Notes under the pieces: generated by a model | Told to the model about the DNA's origin: nothing | Seen by the model: only the letters and a program-made list of their open reading frames with translations | Database searches by the model: none | Position numbers and translations under genes: made by a program | In this document: one piece after another, positions 1 to 8,390 of the stretch | Position numbering within the stretch: the stretch's first letter is position 1 | Layout of the letters: each line of letters opens with the position of its first letter | Assembly (NCBI GenBank): GCA_030167145.1 | Contig: CP126532.1 | Location: 1,500,001 to 1,532,000, forward strand | Reading direction: 5' to 3' | Origin: Ktedonobacterales bacterium | Lineage (GTDB): Bacteria > Chloroflexota > Ktedonobacteria > Ktedonobacterales > JADMIN01 | Length of the DNA: 32,000 nt

Positions 1-477
1 GTGGCAGAGCACAAGGGCAAGCTCGGCGAAGATAGCGAAGAGACGCTGATCGCCGCCTACAACGGGTTGGCCGAATGCCAGAATCTGGCGGAGAAGTACG
101 ACGACGCCCTGGCCACGGCCAACGCCTGCCTGGAAAGCTTCCCGGAGCAATCCGAGGCGCTGTATGAGCGCGCGTCAGCCCTCGATGGGCTGGGGCGCCA
201 CGACGAGGCCATCGCCGCGTATGAGAGCGCCCTGCAAGGCGATCCACTGAACGCGGGCATCTGCAATGACCTCGCAGATACCTACCTTCAGGTGGGGCGC
301 GCGCAGGACGCCATCGAAATGGCGCAGACCGCCATCGCCCTGGAGCCAGGATTTGTGGTGGGCTACGAGACGCTCGCGCAGGCATTCGAGCGCGTGGGCC
401 GCGCCGCAGAAGCCCAGGAGGCCCGCCGCCAAGCCGAGGAAATCCGCCAGATTCTGGAGGAGGACGACGAGAGCTAG
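1..477 (+). CDS. TPR-repeat protein, C-terminal part (5' end probably outside the window)
   Basis: The ORF is open from the window edge to TAG at 475-477. The translation shows repeated TPR-like helices (AIAAYESALQGDP, AIEMAQTAIALEP, YETLAQAFERVG) and an acidic tail. Confidence 0.6.
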   Translation: MAEHKGKLGEDSEETLIAAYNGLAECQNLAEKYDDALATANACLESFPEQSEALYERASALDGLGRHDEAIAAYESALQGDPLNAGICNDLADTYLQVGRAQDAIEMAQTAIALEPGFVVGYETLAQAFERVGRAAEAQEARRQAEEIRQILEEDDES

Positions 478-572
478 CTCAGGCGAGCCAGTGGCATCGC
501 CTGTTGAGGCGCGTGGCGTGTGGTATGCGGATGGGAACGACAGACTGACCCGTGGTTGAAAGGAGACCGGGA

Positions 573-1592
573 ATGTTCTGTATGGGATGTGGGGCGGAGA
601 CACCGCCACGCGCTGCGGCCTGCCCCGTCTGCGGGCGCGAATTGGGCCGCCCGGTGAGCACGACGCACGCAACATCGGGGGAAGATACCCTGACCCCCCA
701 TCCCGAACAGATGCGGACGGTACACCCGCCCTCGGCATCCCCGCCCATGCCAAGCATCGCGACCGGCGATCTGGATATGCCCGGCTTTCCGCGCGATGGG
801 TTAGGCCGTGCCGTCTTATTCACGGCCATCGCGATGATCGTGGATTTCCTTGCGCCGTGGGTCAATGTGGATGGCGTGGCGCAGATCTCGCCATCGGTGC
901 TCGGCCTGCCGGTTTTGCTGCCCGCGCTGGCGCTGGGGCTAGCGGCGCTCCCGGTGTTCCGCGCGTCACTGCGTGCCCAGCCCCAGTATGCCGCGCTGCC
1001 GCTAGTGATCGGCGCAGTCAGCTTCGGCGCCGCGGCGGTCATCTGGCTGCGTACCTCTTTTGCCGCGCCGCTGCAAGCTGCCCTAGGCAACACCGCTGGC
1101 AATGGTCCGGCGTATGCGGCGCGCATCGGCCTGTATCTCTTCCTGCTGGGCGCCGCCGTTCTCACGATTACCGGGTATCAACTCTTCCTCAATGCCGCCA
1201 CCGCCAGCGCCGCCCAACAGCGCGCCACTACGCCCACGCTAGCACAGAAACCCGCCGTTGGTTCTGCATCTGTGCGATCAGCCACGAGCGTTGCCAGTAC
1301 CCCCGCTCTGCCAGTGAGCGCGCCGCTCGCGTTGGCCGGTACTCTGGCTGATCCCCCCACTGAAGCGGTGATGCTCCCCGTGCAGCCCGTTCCAATGAGC
1401 CAGCTCGCCGACATATCCCCCGCGCCCGTTGCCGCGCCTGCTGTGGATGTCGCGACCGCGCACGAGAATGGACATTCCGGCATTGCGCTACCAGGCAGCC
1501 CCGCTTGGAATCAGGCGCCAGCGCTTCCCTCGCACCAGCGCCCATCTCCGGCGGCTGGCTGGCCGCGCCACCCCAACATGCGCCGTCGCTAG
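573..1592 (+). CDS. Zinc-ribbon membrane protein with Ala/Pro-rich C-terminal tail (hypothetical)
   Basis: AGGAG at 561-565 lies upstream of ATG 573. The N-terminus has a CxxC...CxxC motif (CMGCG...CPVCG), followed by several hydrophobic segments and a low-complexity A/P/S tail. The track ORF begins at 552 (GTG), but the SD favours 573. Confidence 0.6.
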   Translation: MFCMGCGAETPPRAAACPVCGRELGRPVSTTHATSGEDTLTPHPEQMRTVHPPSASPPMPSIATGDLDMPGFPRDGLGRAVLFTAIAMIVDFLAPWVNVDGVAQISPSVLGLPVLLPALALGLAALPVFRASLRAQPQYAALPLVIGAVSFGAAAVIWLRTSFAAPLQAALGNTAGNGPAYAARIGLYLFLLGAAVLTITGYQLFLNAATASAAQQRATTPTLAQKPAVGSASVRSATSVASTPALPVSAPLALAGTLADPPTEAVMLPVQPVPMSQLADISPAPVAAPAVDVATAHENGHSGIALPGSPAWNQAPALPSHQRPSPAAGWPRHPNMRRR

Positions 1593-1615
1593 CCGCCAGC
1601 GAACACGCGAGCGTG

Positions 1616-2035
1616 TCACCCGGCCAGCGCAATATCGCTGCACAGGCTGATCCGCGTAACCTGGGCCACATGCGGCATCGTCATCAGCGAGCGAACGAGG
1701 CCCAGCAGACGCTCTAGCTCGAACGGCTTGCGAACCAGCGCGCTTGCTGGCGGTGGACATTCATCCTCGTGCGGCGGGCACGCCGTCATAATGACGATAC
1801 GGTGCCGTTCGAGCAATGTTGGCCGTTCCAGCAGCCATGCGCAGACTGTCAACCCGTCCACACGTGGCATCATCACATCCATCAGCACCAGGCACGGCTC
1901 TTCTTGCGCCTCGAGCGTCGCCACCACATCCGCGCCGTCGCTGAGCGTCGCCACCGTGTACCCCTCAAACTCCAGTGCAATCGTCAACAGTTCCCGGATT
2001 GCTTTGTCGTCGTCCACGACCAATACCTGTGTCAT
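1616..2035 (-). CDS. Single-domain response regulator (CheY-like receiver)
   Basis: MTQVLVVDDD...LMDVMMPRVDG...LVRKPF is a classic receiver pattern (acidic pocket DD, phospho-accepting D in LMDVMMP, conserved K in RKPF). This is the 139-aa C-terminal part of the 313-aa track ORF. The upstream extension overlaps the FHA gene and is Arg/Ala-rich shadow sequence. Confidence 0.85.
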   Translation of the reverse strand: MTQVLVVDDDKAIRELLTIALEFEGYTVATLSDGADVVATLEAQEEPCLVLMDVMMPRVDGLTVCAWLLERPTLLERHRIVIMTACPPHEDECPPPASALVRKPFELERLLGLVRSLMTMPHVAQVTRISLCSDIALAG

Positions 2036-2129
2036 CGCCGCTGCTCCCTTCCGCGCCACCGCCCCCGTGTGTGGCGCGTGCTCTCGCCTCGCCACCTTTC
2101 GCAAATAGAACATTAGTTCTAATATCACT

Positions 2130-2158
2130 ATTGTAACGCGCGCTGCCCCTTCTGACAA
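2130..2158 (-). promoter_or_regulatory. Sigma70-like promoter for the receiver gene (TTGTCA-17-TACAAT)
   Basis: On the minus strand, TTGTCA (2158-2153), a 17 nt spacer, then TACAAT (2135-2130). It sits in an AT-richer gap about 90 nt upstream of the ATG at 2035. Confidence 0.55.
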
Positions 2159-2220
2159 GGGGGAATGCGACGAATTTCCGGAGTATAGCCGTTCGTGGCT
2201 AGGGGCGGCGGCCAGATGGG

Positions 2221-3606
2221 CTACCAGGCATCGGGGTGCTGTTCGGTTTCCTGGGGTGGCTGTGGTTGTGGGCGCGGCTCTGGGGTGGGCGTCTGCCGCT
2301 GCTCTGGCGGTTGCGACGGCGTGAGGCGCGGTGGCCCCAGTCGCGCTCGTGGCTCCTTTGGTGGGCCAAGGCGTTGCAGCAGGTATGCGCCATCCTTCCC
2401 TGGCGGCAGCGTCGGCAGCGACGAGCCACGCGCATCCGGCGCGGTTGGGCGGCGCGTGCCCAATACTGCCTCGCAGCGTAGCTCGATCTCGCCGATCAGC
2501 AAGACGTCGCCCGGATGCAATTGCGCGGGCGCGGTCAGTTCCTCGCCGTTGAGCCATGTGCCGTTGATGCTCTGCCAGGCGTTAACGAAATAGCCCGTGC
2601 GCTGGCGCACGATCTGGGCATGCTGCCTGCTCACCGATTCGTCGGGCAGGCAAATCTGCTGCTCTGGGCCGCGACCGATGCCCACCATCTGCTGGTTCAG
2701 CAGCCAGCGCGCGCCAACTATGGGGCCATTGACCGCGACGAGCGCCAGCGCTGGCGTCTGCGTCGCGGGGCCAGATGACACGCCGCGCACCTTGCGGGTC
2801 TCGACCTCCGCCGGGAAGGTCGCGTCCATTGCTGTCGCGAGGATCTCGAAGCGGTAGACCAGATTGCCCACCTTGATCACGTCGCCCGTCTTGAGCGGCG
2901 CCATACCAATCACGGCCTGCCGATTGAGAAAGGTGCCATTGGTGCTGTGGCGGTCCACCAATTCCACGTTATTAGGATCCCAGCGAATTTCGGCGTGATA
3001 CCGCGAGGCAACGAGATCTTCCAACACAATATCGTTATCGTTCTCGCGACCCAACAGGGTAAGCTGGCGCGTGAGCAAGTTCACTTGCCCCGCGTATGGC
3101 TGCTCCATCGCGACCAACTGACCCCAGGGATGTCCTTTGCCAAGCGGTTCGATACGCCGCCCAGGGTCATTCAGCGCCCGCAGCACGGTGGATGATGACA
3201 GACGCTGGATAGGATGCCCCTGCTCAGCAGCGACCAGTGGCGCCGTGAGCAAGGTGTATCCGGCAACTACGGCCAGCGGCAAACACCAGCCAAGCACAAT
3301 GCTCCAGCACAGCCAGAATGTGATCTCATTCACATTGAGCGCCGGACCATAGAGGTCAAGCCGGTTGAGATTCCACCAGATCGGCGGCAGCGTGAGGAAG
3401 GAGGCGAGGATGCAGCAGAGCAGCGAGCGAACGAACTGGCGCGTCGTGCCACGCCTGCGCCGTGTCGCGTAGAGCACGATGTACGCTACCGAGGCAAGCG
3501 CGCAGGCAAGTCCGCCATAGCTGCCCATGCCAAACCACATAGGGAAGTCAACACTCACATCGCTGCTCCCGTTCCGAGTCCGCCGCTGATCTGCTTCGTG
3601 CTCCAC
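2221..3606 (-). CDS. Membrane-anchored protein with two FHA domains and a Pro-rich C-terminus
   Basis: GTG start at 3606. The N-terminal third has about four hydrophobic helices. Two FHA signatures follow (GRENDNDIVL..SRYHAEI..STNGTFLN, and GRGPEQQICL..SRQHAQI..SINGTWLNG), then a P/Q/E-rich tail. Confidence 0.85.
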   Translation of the reverse strand: MEHEADQRRTRNGSSDVSVDFPMWFGMGSYGGLACALASVAYIVLYATRRRRGTTRQFVRSLLCCILASFLTLPPIWWNLNRLDLYGPALNVNEITFWLCWSIVLGWCLPLAVVAGYTLLTAPLVAAEQGHPIQRLSSSTVLRALNDPGRRIEPLGKGHPWGQLVAMEQPYAGQVNLLTRQLTLLGRENDNDIVLEDLVASRYHAEIRWDPNNVELVDRHSTNGTFLNRQAVIGMAPLKTGDVIKVGNLVYRFEILATAMDATFPAEVETRKVRGVSSGPATQTPALALVAVNGPIVGARWLLNQQMVGIGRGPEQQICLPDESVSRQHAQIVRQRTGYFVNAWQSINGTWLNGEELTAPAQLHPGDVLLIGEIELRCEAVLGTRRPTAPDARGSSLPTLPPGKDGAYLLQRLGPPKEPRARLGPPRLTPSQPPEQRQTPTPEPRPQPQPPQETEQHPDAW

Positions 3607-3610
3607 GACA

Positions 3611-4729
3611 CTATTCGATAGGCTCGATACCCTGAGTGCGCTCGTACTGGATATCTATCACCTTCTGAATCTGACCCTGAGCCGCATAGGAAGTATACTC
3701 GTTATTACCATGTACATGGGCCTGATTCCCACTGACACCGCCATTCAGGTCGGAGGTTTCCCAATAGCCGATGGGCGCGTTAGTCCCCGCGCCGAGCGCG
3801 ACGCCAAGAAAGACGTGCCCTGGCACCAGCACGAAGAACGCCCGCATACCCAGCGCTTCCGCCGCCGAAGCCAGAATTGCCGTGGTTTCGACGCACATCC
3901 CCGTCGGATAGCGAGCGCTCAGAACATCCTGCGGCAGCTTGATGCGCTGCTCGGCGTCCAGGCTGTAGGGGATATTGTCCTGCGCGTAGCTGACGTGGTA
4001 GACCAATTGCAAGGTGTCGAAGATGGCGTTGATTTGATTCGTTACGTCTTGCGGGCTAGCATCGCCCGCGCCGTAGCCGAAGAGGCTGCTCGTGCCCGGA
4101 TAGCTGCCGCTATGCTGTTGCAGCCATTGCGCGCTGCGCCCGATGAGATCCGCGATGACCGGCGCATGCGGTGTGACCCAGCCCGCGAGATAGGGCGAGT
4201 TATCCGTGCCCGTTGCCGGGTCGTACCAGTGCATATATTGCCGCGACATCAGTTTCACGGGCACGGTCGTGTCGCACGGGGCGGCGCTATCGCTCTCCAC
4301 ATGCAGCTCGATCTGCGCGTCGCGCTGCCCCGGACTTACCAGCGCGTCCAGCACTGTATTATCCAGCAGTGGCGGCTTGAATGACAGATCTTGAAACGCG
4401 GGTGCGGCCTGTGCTTCGATCATCTGCACCTGGGTGAAATGCGGCACGCTGACGCTGATATGCAGTTCTTGAGGAGTGGAACTGCGGAACCGCAATGACA
4501 AGAGGCTCGGTTGGTTGACATACAGGCCAGTGTAGACAGTCTTCGGTGGACTCCAGGTAATCAGCGTGCCGCATGGCCCCAACGGCGCAATTTGGTAATT
4601 CGCGTTCGCTAGATGATACTTCTCGAAGAGGCGCATCCCCATCGTGACATATCCTGTGCCACCGGCCACCAACACGAGCATGATGATGCCCAGGCTCAGA
4701 TAGCGCCTGTGCGCTCCGCCCTTCTTCAC
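3611..4729 (-). CDS. Membrane-anchored transglutaminase-like (Cys-His-Asp/Glu) superfamily protein, putative
   Basis: GTG start followed by a basic N-terminus and one TM helix. The C-terminal region GMCVETTAILASAAEALGMRAFFVLVPGHVFLGV...WETSD matches the Cys...His...Asp/Glu core of transglutaminase-like cysteine peptidases. The gene ends 4 nt before the FHA gene start. Confidence 0.5.
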   Translation of the reverse strand: MKKGGAHRRYLSLGIIMLVLVAGGTGYVTMGMRLFEKYHLANANYQIAPLGPCGTLITWSPPKTVYTGLYVNQPSLLSLRFRSSTPQELHISVSVPHFTQVQMIEAQAAPAFQDLSFKPPLLDNTVLDALVSPGQRDAQIELHVESDSAAPCDTTVPVKLMSRQYMHWYDPATGTDNSPYLAGWVTPHAPVIADLIGRSAQWLQQHSGSYPGTSSLFGYGAGDASPQDVTNQINAIFDTLQLVYHVSYAQDNIPYSLDAEQRIKLPQDVLSARYPTGMCVETTAILASAAEALGMRAFFVLVPGHVFLGVALGAGTNAPIGYWETSDLNGGVSGNQAHVHGNNEYTSYAAQGQIQKVIDIQYERTQGIEPIE

Positions 4730-4900
4730 CTGTTTCCCCCAACGCTCACCTTGCCTGCCGCTTCACGCCGTTCGTCCCCATTCCCAGCGTGAGTGATTGT
4801 GTATCACAGACTAGCACCAGTACCGCTGTCTAGGCAACTCAAGCGGGACTTTCACCCATGCTACAAATGCAGCACAGTGATGCTGCTGAGGCGCTCCGCA

Positions 4901-5236
4901 TCAACCCGCGCGTCGTGTGCCGCGCTTCGTCGGCGTGACGGTGCCAGCGAAGAGCGCGTTGGCCCAGACCAACTTCGCATTGGCATCCAGTGTGCTGGCA
5001 AAGACGCGCCAGATGCGTTCCCAAACGCCACTTTCTTCCCATTCGGATAGCCGCCGCCAGCACGTGACGGGGCTGCCATATTCACTGGGCAGATCGTGCC
5101 AGCGGCAACCAGTCCGCAACACATAGAGGATGCCATCCAGCGTGCGCCGATCATCGGCACGGGGCCGTCCTTCTTTTTTCGCGCTCGGCATCAGCGGGCG
5201 GATCGCCTCCCACTGCGCGTCGCTGACGCGGATCTC
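4901..5236 (-). mobile_element. IS5-family transposase N-terminal remnant (no catalytic DDE part, no recognisable ends)
   Basis: The LRTGCxWxDLP / DxQWxxIxPLxP motifs are seen in translation. The ORF stops about 110 aa into the transposase-like region, and the downstream 170 bp is non-coding. Confidence 0.5.
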
Positions 5237-5596
5237 GCGCACCGCCGTCTGCTCACGTGTGCGCAGTGCGTCTTCGCTGCTGTTCCAGGCCGTGCCAATG
5301 CGCTGAAACGAGTCGTTGTAATGCTCGACCGTGACCGACTCTGAGAGATCAGCTTCACCGGGCATCACGACGACTTCATCCCAATGCTCGCCCGCGAACT
5401 GCGTGAGCGCGTCGAGATCCTTCCATACCGAAACCACGACAAAGACATCAGGCGCCGCCGCCATCGGCTTACCCACATGCAGCGCCACCAACCCCGGCGC
5501 AGTGCGCACCTGCGGGACGAACGTTTCCTGTACCAGCCGCTCATACGCCCCGCGCATACCTGGCTTCACCCGTGCGCGAAAGATGCGCAGAATCAT
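4901..5596 (-). CDS. ABM (antibiotic-biosynthesis-monooxygenase-like) domain fused in frame to an IS5-family transposase N-terminal (DUF4096-type) fragment
   Basis: AAGGAGG lies 8 nt upstream of ATG 5596 (MILRIFRARVKPG...). The first ~95 aa look like an ABM/Dabb ferredoxin-like fold. The C-terminal half carries the hallmark SDAQWEAIRPLMP...GRPRADDRRTLDGILYVLRTGCRWHDLP...W motif of IS5/IS427-type OrfA. No DDE region follows. Confidence 0.55.
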   Translation of the reverse strand: MILRIFRARVKPGMRGAYERLVQETFVPQVRTAPGLVALHVGKPMAAAPDVFVVVSVWKDLDALTQFAGEHWDEVVVMPGEADLSESVTVEHYNDSFQRIGTAWNSSEDALRTREQTAVREIRVSDAQWEAIRPLMPSAKKEGRPRADDRRTLDGILYVLRTGCRWHDLPSEYGSPVTCWRRLSEWEESGVWERIWRVFASTLDANAKLVWANALFAGTVTPTKRGTRRAG

Positions 5597-5617
5597 GCCT
5601 TTGTCCTCCTTCATGGC

Positions 5618-5626
5618 AGTATAGCA
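5618..5626 (-). promoter_or_regulatory. Extended -10 element (TGcTATACT) upstream of the ABM-fusion gene
   Basis: The minus strand reads TGCTATACT at 5626-5618, about 20 nt upstream of the SD-supported ATG 5596. I found no good -35. Confidence 0.3.
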
Positions 5627-5753
5627 CGAGTTTTGAAATAGCTCCTTGAACTTCTGCGGCTTCGCTGGCCAGCACGCAGATGGGCGTCGTCATTGTGCGT
5701 GATGCGTCGCTGCTCGGCCATGTGACGATACAGTAGCGCAGGGAGCTGCCGCT

Positions 5754-5786
5754 GATACGCGATACGCGATACGCGATACGCGATAT
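5754..5786. repeat. Tandem heptamer repeat (GATACGC) x4 plus a partial copy
   Basis: Perfect copies at 5754-5760, 5761-5767, 5768-5774 and 5775-5781, then GATAT. The repeat is intergenic, between a terminator-like hairpin and the ABM gene promoter region. Confidence 0.9.
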
Positions 5787-5787
5787 A

Positions 5788-5828
5788 TGCAAACATCCCC
5801 CACTGATCTCATGAACCAGCAGGGGATG
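5788..5828 (-). terminator. Putative intrinsic terminator after the 186-aa membrane protein gene
   Basis: CATCCCC (5794-5800) pairs with GGGGATG (5822-5828), plus an inner CTG/CAG pairing. On the minus strand the hairpin is followed by TTTGCATATAT. It lies 34 nt downstream of the stop at 5862-5864. Confidence 0.4.
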
Positions 5829-5861
5829 CGTTGCGTGCGAGCCAGCGTAGCGCGGAATGGG

Positions 5862-6422
5862 CTAGTGCTTGTCCGCCTCGGAATGGTGGTGTCCAGGAAG
5901 GTGTGAGGTGATGCCATGCTCCACACTGCCCACCTCGTGGCCGATGCCACCGGCGACCGCGCCAACGCCGCCCACAACCGCGCGCCCAAGACCGCCCGCG
6001 TCGCTGGCGATGGTGTGGCCGAGCGCACCCGCGTCGGTCACTGCCGTCTTGCCAAGATGAATCGCGCCCTCTTCGGCCTTCTGCGCCAGGATGGCAATCT
6101 CTTCAGCGGCCTTCTTCTCCAGCTTCTCTGCCTCTTCGACTATCAGTTCGACGGCCTTAATCATCGCGCGCAGAATCTCGCCAATCGCCACAGTGATCGC
6201 GGCGGCATAGCCAAAGGCGATGGCCAGTGCCGCCGCCGCCAGGTGGGTCGCGCCTGCTGGCGGAAATTGATGACTCAGCAAATAGCCAACGAATTCGGTT
6301 GCGACGGCAACCAACACCGCTACGATGAATCCGGTCGCCGCCACCGCGAAGAATGCTCGCCGCAGACCCGTCAGCATATGCTTCACGGTCGTCCCGAGCA
6401 ACCCAACAAGTCGCCTCTCCAT
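5862..6422 (-). CDS. 2-TM membrane protein with coiled-coil/Gly-rich region and His-rich tail (hypothetical; paralog of 8802-10199)
   Basis: GAGGAG SD upstream of ATG 6422. Two hydrophobic helices flank an H-x-FPP...TH motif, followed by a charged EEAEKLEKKAAEE helix, Gly/Ala repeats and HLPGHHHSEADKH at the C-terminus. Confidence 0.65.
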   Translation of the reverse strand: MERRLVGLLGTTVKHMLTGLRRAFFAVAATGFIVAVLVAVATEFVGYLLSHQFPPAGATHLAAAALAIAFGYAAAITVAIGEILRAMIKAVELIVEEAEKLEKKAAEEIAILAQKAEEGAIHLGKTAVTDAGALGHTIASDAGGLGRAVVGGVGAVAGGIGHEVGSVEHGITSHLPGHHHSEADKH

Positions 6423-6771
6423 TATCCACTCCTCTATCCCACTTCAGCGCGGGAGACCACAAGGCATTCACGGAATGGTTGCCACTCCGTCACTCGCACT
6501 AGTGTGCCAGATTTCGCGCACCCTGGCAAGTGTGCATCACCAGATGGCTCATCAGTGCGGCAATTTCGCGCCATACCCACATATGCATACGCACAGAGTG
6601 GTGAAATAGTTCGGTCGCTTAGAATGGCGAGCGCCCAGCCTGTGCTAAGGCATACTTCTTGCCACCAAGCCAAGCGATAGGCGCTACTAACGATAGTGTT
6701 ATTAGGACATGACGCTGGCGCTCACCCGACATGTATCTTAGGGAGTACGTCCATGCTCCGCGAGACCGGAA

Positions 6772-7566
6772 TTGATGATACCGATGCGGCAAGCAGCAAA
6801 AATGAGTGATCGTTTCGGGACCCTAATCGAACGACACGACACAGCGGACTTTCCATACTACAACTGCATTCCGGTGCGGATTTCAGGTCTCCAGTGGTGG
6901 TTTGTCATGCTTATGGTGGCGCTCGGCTTCACCGCGCTGATCACCTTGGGATCCATCTTCCTGGGGCCTCTCGCTGGCTTCATCCCAGCGATCCTGTTCG
7001 TCGCCTTTCCGCTCGCAGGTCTTATCCTCGTAGCGCGGGGGCATTGGCAAGCGATCTTCCGTAGAGTATCAGGTCGTGACATTCTCACCATGGTCGTCTT
7101 TGCGATCTTGAACATACTCGTCAGTTCCACCGTTGGCGCCATTGTCGCTCAGATATTCGGCGCGGGAGCGAACCCTGAAGTGAACGCGCTCGCGAAGGGA
7201 TCTGCGGTGGACTGGATCATGTTCTTTCCCAAAACCGCAATTCAGTTGTTTGGCGAGGAACTCTTGACCATCCTCCCATTCTTAGCGTTGATGTATCTCT
7301 TCGTCTCCATGATAACCCTCTCGCGCAAGGCGGCGATTCTCCTGGCGTGGGGCATCACCGCCTTGGTCTTCGGGCTGATTCACCTACCGACATATAACTG
7401 GAACGTGGCCCAGGCGGTCCTCATCATCGGCTCGGCGCGCATCGTTCTCACACTGGCATATATTCGAACCAAGAACATCTGGGTCTCCACCGGTGCTCAC
7501 ATCCTCAACGACTGGTTCTTGTTCACTAGCACTGCCTTCTTCGCAGCGTTAAACATCGCCAGGTAA
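6772..7566 (+). CDS. CPBP-family intramembrane glutamic endopeptidase (CAAX protease/Abi-like)
   Basis: Polytopic membrane protein carrying the family motifs FGEELLT (EExxxR-like), FGLIHL (FxxxH) and GAHILNDW (HxxxN/D). The start is uncertain (TTG 6772, ATG 6775 or ATG 6784), with no clear SD. Confidence 0.75.
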   Translation: MMIPMRQAAKMSDRFGTLIERHDTADFPYYNCIPVRISGLQWWFVMLMVALGFTALITLGSIFLGPLAGFIPAILFVAFPLAGLILVARGHWQAIFRRVSGRDILTMVVFAILNILVSSTVGAIVAQIFGAGANPEVNALAKGSAVDWIMFFPKTAIQLFGEELLTILPFLALMYLFVSMITLSRKAAILLAWGITALVFGLIHLPTYNWNVAQAVLIIGSARIVLTLAYIRTKNIWVSTGAHILNDWFLFTSTAFFAALNIAR

Positions 7567-7671
7567 CCGTCGCATTATTCCATTCCAGGGATCGGCACGG
7601 CGCTCAACGCCAGCGGCATGTTTGGCGAGGCGAGTAGGGACCAGTTCAGAAAGTGCGGGCATGCGCAGAGC

Positions 7672-7714
7672 AAAAAGAAAGCGCCAGTGGCAACGTCGTT
7701 GTTACCACAGGCGC
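7672..7714 (-). terminator. Intrinsic terminator downstream of the winged-helix gene
   Basis: A 12-bp stem (7681-7692 with 7703-7714; one mismatch, and one G-U that only works on the minus-strand RNA) with a 10-nt loop. On the minus strand it is followed by TTTCTTTTTG (7680-7671). It lies 38 nt after the stop at 7752-7754. Confidence 0.7.
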
Positions 7715-7751
7715 GGAGGGAACACGCTGATACAGCGGAATCCGCGAGGCG

Positions 7752-8129
7752 CTAGCCCCGCCAGAGCACATAGCCTAGCCCGGTGGCGCGGTGGGGCAGG
7801 CAAGTGACACCCGCCGCACGCAACGTGATCTTGAGCGTGGGAATGCGCTGCTCGATGTACTCCACCGTCGTGCCAAGCGTCGTCGCCAGCCGCTCCGCGC
7901 TGAGAATCTGGCCGCCCCGGCGCAGCAGCGCGCCGAGCAATTGTCGCTCATCCGTCGAAAGCACGAGCTTCTCACTCCGCCACCACGCAACACCCGTCGT
8001 CATGTCCATTGCCAGGCCACCAAAGCGCAGCATCGCGCGGCTTGTGTACCCTGCTGGTGGCGTCTCAACGTCCGCCACATGCCGTTGCTCAATCTCCGAG
8101 GGGGTACGATACGCTGGCGCGAATCCCAT
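7752..8129 (-). CDS. Standalone OmpR/PhoB-type winged-helix DNA-binding protein (no receiver domain)
   Basis: AGAGGAGAG SD upstream of ATG 8129. The pattern LRFGGLAMD...VLSTDERQLLGALLRRGGQILSAERL...IPTLKITLRAAG...GLGYVL matches the trans_reg_C domain. Confidence 0.7.
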   Translation of the reverse strand: MGFAPAYRTPSEIEQRHVADVETPPAGYTSRAMLRFGGLAMDMTTGVAWWRSEKLVLSTDERQLLGALLRRGGQILSAERLATTLGTTVEYIEQRIPTLKITLRAAGVTCLPHRATGLGYVLWRG

Positions 8130-8390
8130 GTTCTCTCTCCTCTTTCGCTATGAATCGTTCACACATCCGCAATCATCCACCGATCATTCCGGCGGAACCT
8201 TCCGCGCCTGCCCATACCGTGGATCCCCAGCGTGCGGGGAGGCCGATGATGGACACGCCGATTCATCCTTCCGCAGTGACTATACCCAGGTCATCTAAGC
8301 CAAGAGTGAACACAAGATAAGATAGGGTTAAGAAAATGCCGAGGTTGTCCAGAGTCGCATCAATGCGGCGGCACACTTTGTGATGACACA

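Noticed and set aside
1616-2557. 313-aa version of the response-regulator ORF
   Set aside because: The N-terminal 174 codons overlap the 3' end of the FHA gene in another frame, cross a promoter-like AT-rich gap and are Arg/Ala-rich. The receiver domain begins at the internal ATG 2035.
4730-4900. CTAG...CTAG-flanked segment (4811-4833) as a possible IS5-type target duplication or right end of the transposase remnant
   Set aside because: Only a 4-bp match, and no inverted repeat pairing with a left end could be identified. Too weak to call.
5754-5786. Possibility that the heptamer array is a CRISPR or other spacer-containing array
   Set aside because: The units are 7 bp and contiguous with no spacers. 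No cas genes or longer repeats occur anywhere in the window.
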